Positions 18,011 to 27,096 of a stretch of 42,057 nucleotides of DNA are shown in pieces. A program made the translations under genes and the position numbers. This DNA comes from a bacterium (GTDB lineage Bacteria > Patescibacteriota > Saccharimonadia > Saccharimonadales > JACDBH01): the NCBI GenBank assembly GCA_029557395.1, contig JAKQIK010000011.1, positions 1-42,057 of the forward strand, in the 5' to 3' direction. The notes beneath the pieces were generated by a model. That model was not told the DNA's origin. It made no database searches and worked only from the letters and a program-made list of their open reading frames with translations. Each line of letters opens with the position of its first letter. Position 1 is the stretch's first letter.

Positions 18011-18886
18011 ATGGCTAGCACTCAGCAACTAAAACGCCGGATTGGTAGTGTCAAGAATACCAAGCAGATTACCAAAGCTATGGAGCTGGTGGCTGCTAGC
18101 AAGATGCGCAAGGCTACCGAAGCTGCCCATAGGGGGCGGGCTTATCGCCAGTCTGCACACAGTATGCTGGCTAGACTAAACAAAGTTACTGAGATTAATG
18201 AACATCCATTATACAAAAAACGTCCTGTTGACCAGAGACTCTATATTGTTATTACTAGCAATCGTGGGCTTGCCGGAGCGTACAATAGTAATGTCATAAA
18301 GTCATTGGCAGGCTCAATAGCTAGTGATAAAAAACAAAAAATTAAATCTAGCGTCATTGTGATTGGTAAACGAGGCGCCCAATTTTTAAACCGAGTCGAA
18401 GGTATCGATATAGTAGCTGTTTATGATGATTTTAGCGATAAACCCACGGCTAATGATATTCGCCCTATCCTTAATACTATTATTGATAAATACACAGCTA
18501 AGCTAGTTGATGAAGTTTGTATTATTTTTACAGAACACAAATCAAATATATTGCAGACTGTAGACAATTTGACTGTCCTACCAGCTAGTTACGAGACAGA
18601 TCCTGATGAGTCCGAAGGTCCTTCCCTGTCTGATGTTACATTCGAGCCATCTGTCAATGATGTGCTAGAGAATGTTACCGAACGATTGTTGGAGGTTCAG
18701 ATTTGGCAAGCACTTTTAGAATCAATTGCTTCTGAACAGTCAATGCGTATGCTCAGTATGAAAAATGCTACAGATAATGCTACAGAAATAATCGATGATT
18801 TAACACTCGAGTTTAATACTGCTCGACAAGCTAAAATAACTCAGGAATTAGCAGAAATAACTGGTGGAGCGGAGGCAATAAAATGA
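18011..18886 (+). CDS. atpG: F0F1 ATP synthase subunit gamma
   Basis: LKRRIGSVKNTKQITKAMELVAASKMRKA ... ARQAKITQELAEITGGAEA. Confidence 0.97.
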   Translation: MASTQQLKRRIGSVKNTKQITKAMELVAASKMRKATEAAHRGRAYRQSAHSMLARLNKVTEINEHPLYKKRPVDQRLYIVITSNRGLAGAYNSNVIKSLAGSIASDKKQKIKSSVIVIGKRGAQFLNRVEGIDIVAVYDDFSDKPTANDIRPILNTIIDKYTAKLVDEVCIIFTEHKSNILQTVDNLTVLPASYETDPDESEGPSLSDVTFEPSVNDVLENVTERLLEVQIWQALLESIASEQSMRMLSMKNATDNATEIIDDLTLEFNTARQAKITQELAEITGGAEAIK

Positions 18887-19095
18887 GTGATAAAGATAAA
18901 CCTAGGACCTATAAGGACGCAGTGTTAGACGGAGGAGCTGGGCTAGTTGGCAGTGATATATTTCCAGAACAAGAGGAGCGGATAATTCACACTACATTAC
19001 TACGTAGATTAGCAAGTCTAGGCTCAAGTGGATACATAAAAGTAATAAAGCAAGATGTTATAATAAATAGCGACGAATTGTCGGAGGTAGAATAG
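18883..19095 (+). CDS. Orphan 70-aa protein inserted between atpG and atpD
   Basis: The ATG overlaps the atpG TGA (ATGA). GGAGG lies 7 nt upstream. Its TAG (19093-19095) abuts the atpD ATG (19096). Confidence 0.65.
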   Translation: MSDKDKPRTYKDAVLDGGAGLVGSDIFPEQEERIIHTTLLRRLASLGSSGYIKVIKQDVIINSDELSEVE

Positions 19096-20897
<1,802 letters not shown>

Positions 20898-20923
<26 letters not shown>

Positions 20924-21173
20924 GTATGACTTCTAGTAGATTTGGGTCAAGTAAAAATTCTACAAAATAGAATGAACGTAGCCCAAGGTCACCTGGTGCA
21001 AGCCTACCTGCTACCTTAGCTATTTTGTAATATCTTTCTGGGTTATTTTGACGAGTTTGTTGTTCTAAGTATTTAATATTTTCTTTTGGCCTCATTTGTT
21101 CTTCGAGCATATTAATATATGAAATATCAGATGCGCTGAATGTGCCAAATGGTAATGATTCTTGGTTTATCAT
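20898..21173 (-). CDS. Hypothetical 91-aa protein, convergent with and overlapping the atpC 3' end
   Basis: ORF track only; AAGG lies about 9 nt upstream of the ATG. No motif recognised. Confidence 0.4.
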
Positions 21174-21201
21174 TATTATTGCCTTACCATTTTTATAATA
21201 T

Positions 21202-21256
21202 TTGTAAATTAAAAAAAGTATGTGATAATCATCACTGATATTTATCTGTGATGATT
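21202..21256 (+). promoter_or_regulatory. Candidate promoter (TTGTAA-N16-GATAAT) overlapped by a 9-bp inverted repeat (operator-like)
   Basis: AATCATCAC (21227-21235), N12, GTGATGATT (21248-21256) is a perfect inverted repeat. A third GTGAT half-site lies at 21222-21226. The region lies between divergent genes. Confidence 0.3.
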
Positions 21257-21318
21257 GATTTTAGAGAATAAAATTAGTAGAGTGTTATAGGCTTAATTAA
21301 TAATGATAGAAGGTTTTT

Positions 21319-22200
21319 ATGAGTGACAGATTATTTGAACTAAAGGAGATGGATACTATGCCAACAGAGATAACAATTACAGAGCCTGTAGGTGTAGGAG
21401 TCGGTAGCATAACAGCGCCCGAGATGACCCTACAGCAGGCCGAGCTCGAAGCTCAGGAAATTGTAGAATTTAGAAAAGAAATTGATTGGCGTAATCCTGT
21501 TGTCTGTTTTGACGGCCGTACCTTAGAAGAGGGTCAGGAAAAGTTACCTCTTGGTGCCCATATGGCGGGTGGAGCCATGACGGCTCTTGTTGCAGCCAAA
21601 GCAGTTGGATACCATCTTGAAGGTGCATCACTACTAAATTCTTTGAAAGAAAAAGGCTTAAATCTAGGTGCTCATGTTGATACAGGCAATCGAGATGCTG
21701 AATTTAGGAATGGTACAGGCTGTGGTGCTTGTGATGGCTGTGACAAAAATTGCCAAGCACTAGAAGATAATAGAACCGAAGCCAAGGGAATCGTTGAGTT
21801 TGCTATGGGCGAAGATTTTGATGAAAAGTCTTTTGATGAGCTAACGCTTTCAAATTTTTCTGATGATAAAAATACACTTCGTAATTTGGTGGGCGAAGAT
21901 CTTACGGAAGTACTATTAGATGATGGCAAAGGAGTCCATGGCCACCGTGAACAAATTGCTGTATTCAATTACGACGAAAACACTACTATCGATAGGGATG
22001 AATATTTTGCGAAAACAGGAAAGCAAGCTTTTGTAATTGATATGTGGTATATAAAAAAGTTAGCCAACGAGATGGCTACCGGCGTAGATGCCGAGCAACA
22101 AGCGAAAGATTTGTACCATGCTATGACATCATTCCAGGTTGCAACATATATAGGTCTGTGTGATGGTAGCCATAGGGTTGCAGTCTTGAAATCAAATTGA
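21319..22200 (+). CDS. Hypothetical protein with Cys/His clusters (possible metalloprotein)
   Basis: ORF track; GAAGG lies upstream. It contains VVCFDGR, GAHVDTGNRD, GCGACDGCDKNC, VHGHRE and LCDGSHR. No family recognised. Confidence 0.75.
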   Translation: MSDRLFELKEMDTMPTEITITEPVGVGVGSITAPEMTLQQAELEAQEIVEFRKEIDWRNPVVCFDGRTLEEGQEKLPLGAHMAGGAMTALVAAKAVGYHLEGASLLNSLKEKGLNLGAHVDTGNRDAEFRNGTGCGACDGCDKNCQALEDNRTEAKGIVEFAMGEDFDEKSFDELTLSNFSDDKNTLRNLVGEDLTEVLLDDGKGVHGHREQIAVFNYDENTTIDRDEYFAKTGKQAFVIDMWYIKKLANEMATGVDAEQQAKDLYHAMTSFQVATYIGLCDGSHRVAVLKSN

Positions 22201-22282
22201 TGTAATTTATTATCGGCAGATTTGCATTTTAGTGACAGAACAGTTATTGTTAATGCATAAATAAATGGAGGTTTTATATCGT

Positions 22283-23095
22283 ATGACATTGCGATCAAAA
22301 GTCGCTGTGTTGTTGGCAGAATTCTTGGGTACGGCAATTCTTGCAACCGCAGCTATTAATATTTCTCGCTCACAGATAGGCATAGCCTACTTCGTAGCGA
22401 TAGGCGTGGGACTCGTTATGGGATTACTAGTCTTAGTCTTTGGCAAAGTGTCTGGTGCTCATGTGAACCCAGCTGTTACGGTTGGTTTATGGACAGTAAG
22501 AAAAATCGGCACACTAAAGGCATTGTCTTATGTTGCGGCTCAGATGCTTGGTGGTCTTGCTGCTTGGCAACTTGCTAACTTTTTCAATAGTGGTGAGATT
22601 ATGAGTATCGCTCCAAAGCAGTTTGAGTGGACAGCTTTGGTAGCTGAAGCTGTTGGTGCATTCGTATTCACCTTTGCGATTGCTGCTGCTATTTACCAAG
22701 ACTTAGAAATTGGCAAAAAGGCCGCTGTTATTGGTGGTGGTTTAACCGCTGGTGTGATTATTGCTTCACTTGGTTCTAGTGCGATTATTAATCCGGCCGT
22801 TGCCCTTGCAAACCAATCTTGGGCCAAGGCATATATTTTTGGTCCTATCATTGGTGGTGTAATTGGCTTTAATCTATACGTGCTATTTTTTGCACCAATC
22901 TCAGCACTAATTCCATCAAAGAAGCTAAAAGTTAGCAAGACTTCAAAAGAGGATAAGTCATCAAGCGAAGTTTCAAAAAAGACAGCTTCAACAGCTAAGG
23001 TTGTTTCAAAATCTAGCTCTGTAAAAAAAGCTCCAGCCAAGAAAACAGCAACAAAATCTACCACAAAAAAGAAGGCTACGACAAAAAAGAAGTAG
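22283..23095 (+). CDS. MIP-family channel (aquaporin/glycerol facilitator-like) with a Lys/Ser/Thr-rich C-terminal tail
   Basis: Two NPA boxes (HVNPAVTVG and IINPAVALA) and six hydrophobic helices. I prefer the ATG at 22283 (MTLRSK), with GGAGG upstream. The ORF track starts at 22265. Confidence 0.9.
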   Translation: MTLRSKVAVLLAEFLGTAILATAAINISRSQIGIAYFVAIGVGLVMGLLVLVFGKVSGAHVNPAVTVGLWTVRKIGTLKALSYVAAQMLGGLAAWQLANFFNSGEIMSIAPKQFEWTALVAEAVGAFVFTFAIAAAIYQDLEIGKKAAVIGGGLTAGVIIASLGSSAIINPAVALANQSWAKAYIFGPIIGGVIGFNLYVLFFAPISALIPSKKLKVSKTSKEDKSSSEVSKKTASTAKVVSKSSSVKKAPAKKTATKSTTKKKATTKKK

Positions 23096-23143
23096 TGTAC
23101 CCATAGATTTTATAAAAGGCTTTTTTGAAGGAATTCTAAAAAG

Positions 23144-23169
23144 GCTTCGGATAATACCGAAGCTTTTTT
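23144..23169 (+). terminator. Rho-independent terminator after the MIP gene
   Basis: GCTTCGG (23144-23150), loop ATAATA, CCGAAGC (23157-23163), then TTTTTT. Confidence 0.6.
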
Positions 23170-23249
23170 AGTTTACATTTTTTACAGTTGGTATTAATAT
23201 ATTCATAAGCTTATTTAATTATGATTGCCGATATCATAAGGAGTGTTAT

Positions 23250-24353
23250 ATGCACGATACACGAACAACCGTAGGTGAACAGCTATATGTTCAACAAAAT
23301 GAACCACAAGAAAACTCTCGATTTGATGTCGAGAGTTTTTATTTTGGAGAGACACCACCCAGACAAGAACTGATAGAACAGTCACAAATTGTCGATATCC
23401 ACGACGTAGGTGAAGTCACGGATAGCAGAGATGGTTACATTCGAAGACTTGGATTTCGTACAGCGGCTGGTTATGCGTATGCTGCGCTAGTAGGGGTACC
23501 ATACAAACAAGAGACCGAAATCCCAGTGATGTACACAACGGCTTGGTGGACAAGCACTGAGGGTCATAATGAACGTACAGCACGCAATCTTATGCGACTT
23601 GGTAACGTAGTCATGATGGTAGGTGCTGAAGGTAGCTGGCATGACGGGTGCTTATCAAAGCTCGAAGCAAAAATTACGCTTAGTGGCTCGGCCGCGGCAA
23701 CATTAAACTTTACACAAGAGGTAATAGATGATTATAAGTACTTTGTGGATCCAACTCGTCGAGTGCTGATAGGAGAGTCACGTGGAGCAATGGTCGGCAT
23801 GGGCATTCTCGCCCTAGATGAAGATTTTTCTCAAGATATAAAATTTGCTGATTTGACTGCCCCCTGCTTCCCTAGGAAGTTTAGACCGTCAGACGCATTA
23901 TTGTTAGCATCACAAATTTACCATGAACCTGTTTCTACCGCTAAGCTAATTGGAAAGCTGACAACAAATAGGTTGCTACATTATCCAGGTACTATCGATG
24001 CCAATCCTTATTCTGTGGCTCATCAAGTTATGATTGGCCCTGCTCTTTTTAGTGGCGAGGCTGGCGACTTAGCAAGGCAGATCGACACAGACAAAATCAT
24101 TCATATTACGTGTTTCCAAAATGATAAGGCGTCGATGCAGAAAGAGTGGTCAAGTATATTCGCTAATAACTCAAATGTACGAATTGTTCCGCTAGAAGGT
24201 AGTCATTTGAGTTTGGCAGACCCGCAGACGCTAGACTATATATTGGCTAGAAATAGTGCCTTTAAACAAGCGTATGAAAATAATGGAGATGAAATAAAAC
24301 CTGATGATATTTACCAAGTAGCACATACTTTGGCAAGAACTGGTAATCATTAA
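23250..24353 (+). CDS. Alpha/beta-hydrolase-fold protein (serine hydrolase-like)
   Basis: Nucleophile elbow GESRG (LIGESRGAMVG), a late His (LEGSHLSL), AAGGAG SD. A possible TTTACA-N17-TAATAT promoter lies at 23172-23200. Confidence 0.65.
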   Translation: MHDTRTTVGEQLYVQQNEPQENSRFDVESFYFGETPPRQELIEQSQIVDIHDVGEVTDSRDGYIRRLGFRTAAGYAYAALVGVPYKQETEIPVMYTTAWWTSTEGHNERTARNLMRLGNVVMMVGAEGSWHDGCLSKLEAKITLSGSAAATLNFTQEVIDDYKYFVDPTRRVLIGESRGAMVGMGILALDEDFSQDIKFADLTAPCFPRKFRPSDALLLASQIYHEPVSTAKLIGKLTTNRLLHYPGTIDANPYSVAHQVMIGPALFSGEAGDLARQIDTDKIIHITCFQNDKASMQKEWSSIFANNSNVRIVPLEGSHLSLADPQTLDYILARNSAFKQAYENNGDEIKPDDIYQVAHTLARTGNH

Positions 24354-24416
24354 TCGATATTATCTCTTGACAAAAAATATCATAGACTTCTTTATATTAT
24401 GATATAATATTGTTAT

Positions 24417-24917
24417 ATGAGTAAATTTGAGGATATAAATCAAAATTCATTATTGCACGACCCTACTGAAAACGTTGATGTAGGACAATGTGGTAGTTGC
24501 CCAAACGTAATAAAGTGTATATCAGCAATAAAAATGGAACATAGGGTATCGTATGAGACCTTAAATAATTCTGTTGACCCTAGAATAGAACAGAGTGTAG
24601 ATGATATTTTTGAATCAGCAAAAGCATCAGGATTTTTGTCTATATTAGAGCATGTTAGTGAACTGGAAATTGTTGATGGGGATTCTATGTTGAGTGCTAT
24701 GAGGAGTGTGGCAGTTAATCAAGCAGATGATTCTGATGAAATGATCAAAGAAGCATTACTCGATCTTGAAGTTATGACAATGGACTGCGATGGACCAATA
24801 AGGATGAGAGCCAAAAAGTCAGGTAGAGTTGTCACCGCTACAATATGTAACAGTCCGCAGGCGTATGATGGTTTATCGTCTGAAGAAGTATATGTTAGGC
24901 GTGATTATGATAGATAA
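24417..24917 (+). CDS. Hypothetical acidic 166-aa protein with a CxxC
   Basis: ORF track. Contains GQCGSCPNVIKC plus later Cys residues (MDCDG, ICNSP). TATAAT lies 8 nt upstream of the ATG. Confidence 0.6.
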   Translation: MSKFEDINQNSLLHDPTENVDVGQCGSCPNVIKCISAIKMEHRVSYETLNNSVDPRIEQSVDDIFESAKASGFLSILEHVSELEIVDGDSMLSAMRSVAVNQADDSDEMIKEALLDLEVMTMDCDGPIRMRAKKSGRVVTATICNSPQAYDGLSSEEVYVRRDYDR

Positions 24918-24931
24918 ACATTTTTTCATAG

Positions 24932-25798
24932 TTAAGCATGACGAGTTAAGCTAAGTTTAGTAATTGAATTGAGGGGTATATAATATCTCTCGCGTTGTTC
25001 ATTGATGGAAATAGTATCTATACTAATACAAAGTAGGCCTATATCCTCGACATACTCGAAGATAGACGGTAGTAGCTGGTCTGAAAAAAAAGAAGATCCT
25101 GGTTCTATGATGTCTATGTATGTGTCTTCGTCTGCATGAATAAAGCTCGTAGATGTTATTTTGGCCGAATATTCGTATAAGGGTAGTATGAAATTCAAAT
25201 AGTTCAAGTAATAATCAATTTCTAATTCTGTGCGGTTAGATAATCGGTCAAATATTGATATTAACTGATTAAAATCTTTTGGATCGTTGAGTACGGCCTC
25301 ATCAATATAGACAGCTATTCTATCGTCTGGATCGGGTAGAATATCTGCTTCTGGTACGATAAGTTCGGGTACGTGTAATTGGCTGTTTTCGACTGGGGCA
25401 AAGGCATAAAACTCACTCCGCCCTTGCTCGAGCGCGGTTGTTGTGTTTACAGCAAGTAGACCTACCCAGTAGCCAATAATCAATTGTTCGTTTTCGGTGC
25501 GGAGCAAGGGCTCTATGTCACCCCTAGATCCTACTCTGACACCAAAATTTTTTCCAGATAACATACCACGGGGTGGAAGTCTATTATAATCTTGGTATTG
25601 TCCCCTGCTGTTTATTTCTGGAAAATAAACCTCACCAGTGACTACTACATTATTATCACCGACAATCTCGTTTAAAATTGGATCGAGATTGTGATAGACA
25701 TTGGTGAAGTGACCATACTTATCTAGGTAAGATGTTATCTTCGTCTGCTCTTCAAGAGCTAAGTCACGAAAAGCGTTTAGGTCAGCCTCAATACCCAT
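24932..25798 (-). CDS. Hypothetical acidic 288-aa protein; apparent distant paralog of 25902-27023
   Basis: ORF track. It shares colinear motifs with the neighbour (EFYAF / EYHAL; ELEIDYYLNYLN / VELDYLLNKIN). Confidence 0.7.
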   Translation of the reverse strand: MGIEADLNAFRDLALEEQTKITSYLDKYGHFTNVYHNLDPILNEIVGDNNVVVTGEVYFPEINSRGQYQDYNRLPPRGMLSGKNFGVRVGSRGDIEPLLRTENEQLIIGYWVGLLAVNTTTALEQGRSEFYAFAPVENSQLHVPELIVPEADILPDPDDRIAVYIDEAVLNDPKDFNQLISIFDRLSNRTELEIDYYLNYLNFILPLYEYSAKITSTSFIHADEDTYIDIIEPGSSFFSDQLLPSIFEYVEDIGLLCISIDTISINEQRERYYIPLNSITKLSLTRHA

Positions 25799-25901
25799 AT
25801 ACGAATTATACTTTTGAAAGTAGTTTATGCAAGCGTAACCGGAGAAGAGTTTGGTCTTGCCTATGCTTGCAAACGTAAGTGAAAGTTATATTATATAAAT
25901 A

Positions 25902-27023
25902 ATGTCTAAAGATATTTTACCAGAAGAGTTTTTGCGTGATGTAGAGGTAGCAAATCAAATAATTCAAGAATCATATTTGCTCGCGGCTAAGATAGCTTTA
26001 CATCAGGAGCTACGGCCGGATCAAGCTATGCCGTATGAGGTTTACGAGGATGTCGAAGACCTTAACGATCAAATCGATAGAGTTTCGCATTTGGAAGTAA
26101 CATTCAGTGGTATTGGGTGTATACCAGCTGAGTTACCAGATGGCGACCCTGTCAGTATTTATAGTCGCGCAGAATCTTTGCAGGGTAATCTAGAGTATAT
26201 ATCACTCATGGATCCAGATTATATGACTTTCGAAAGTCCTGATGATGTAGATGAATATTTAGAAGATAGCGGTGATTTGATGTACGAATTGACTGCATTA
26301 GAATCTCTCAAAAAGAACATGATAGTTCCCAGGTCAGGCATGTCTCTTTATACTGAGTTTTTGCTCTACACACTTCCTGAAGACGAAATTTCTGGAACAG
26401 CAATTCGGGCGCCTAGTATTGAGTATCACGCACTGATAGATAGCTCAACGCTAACTATAGATACAATTGATCCAGAACAAAAAACTGAAGCTTGTGAACC
26501 AGATGAAGTACCAGTTAAACTACTAGAATTTGCTAGTTTAGTGCGAAACAAACTCATGGATACTGGCTTTAGAAGGTTGCCGGCTGGTAGGCAGGCCGTA
26601 GAGTTAGATTATCTTTTGAACAAAATCAATCGAGATATAAGGATTGATAGATTTATGACGATATTTAATCCTCAGGATTTATACGTACCAGATACTAGCC
26701 ATGATAATCATAGAATGTCGAGAGTTGATGTATCGGACTATCCTTATCTTTTGGGTATAAATTGTATGAGGATAGACTCGCTTGAATATCTATCTCTGAC
26801 AAACGGTCTAATGCGTATAGCCAGTAATTCAAAGATGAGAGATCATAGTGTATCTTTCTGTATCGTTGGACAGATAGACGAAGTCACTAGGAAAATATTA
26901 AATTTACCAACCGACATAGTGTGGGTGCCTGTTAGACCACTAGCTAGGAGTAGACGTAAGCGTACTATGCTAGAGAAACCAACGATTTATGATGCAAGTT
27001 TTGTGCTACTAGAAGATATTTAG
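25902..27023 (+). CDS. Hypothetical acidic 373-aa protein; apparent distant paralog of 24932-25798
   Basis: ORF track; see the neighbour. No recognised domain. Confidence 0.75.
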   Translation: MSKDILPEEFLRDVEVANQIIQESYLLAAKIALHQELRPDQAMPYEVYEDVEDLNDQIDRVSHLEVTFSGIGCIPAELPDGDPVSIYSRAESLQGNLEYISLMDPDYMTFESPDDVDEYLEDSGDLMYELTALESLKKNMIVPRSGMSLYTEFLLYTLPEDEISGTAIRAPSIEYHALIDSSTLTIDTIDPEQKTEACEPDEVPVKLLEFASLVRNKLMDTGFRRLPAGRQAVELDYLLNKINRDIRIDRFMTIFNPQDLYVPDTSHDNHRMSRVDVSDYPYLLGINCMRIDSLEYLSLTNGLMRIASNSKMRDHSVSFCIVGQIDEVTRKILNLPTDIVWVPVRPLARSRRKRTMLEKPTIYDASFVLLEDI

Positions 27024-27096
27024 ATTCAATTTTTTGCTATTTAGGTATCCAAATAATTTAAATAAGCAAATACATGCTAAGTTAATCATAAAATAG

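Noticed and set aside
21505-21760. Possible beta-carbonic anhydrase: C-x-D-x-R at residues 63-67 and a His 56 residues later, the same spacing as in beta-CAs, next to an aquaporin
   Set aside because: The beta-CA HxxC motif is not present (the sequence is H-V-D-T-G). The protein is about 80 aa longer and the rest does not align by eye. This is too thin to call without a profile search.
21672-22346. Minus-strand ORFs of 98 and 125 aa opposite the Cys-rich protein gene and the MIP gene start
   Set aside because: They overlap better-supported plus-strand genes that have SD sequences. The products are Ser-rich or low-complexity.
22693-23064. 123-aa minus-strand ORF opposite the MIP C-terminus
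   Set aside because: It is the reverse complement of the Lys/Ser codon-rich tail and helix 5-6 region. NPA-box homology fixes the plus strand as coding.
24367-24372. Perfect TTGACA upstream of the 24417 ORF as a -35 box
   Set aside because: It is 30 nt from the only good -10 (TATAAT 24403-24408). The hexamers at 17-20-nt spacing are poor, so I did not call it a promoter.
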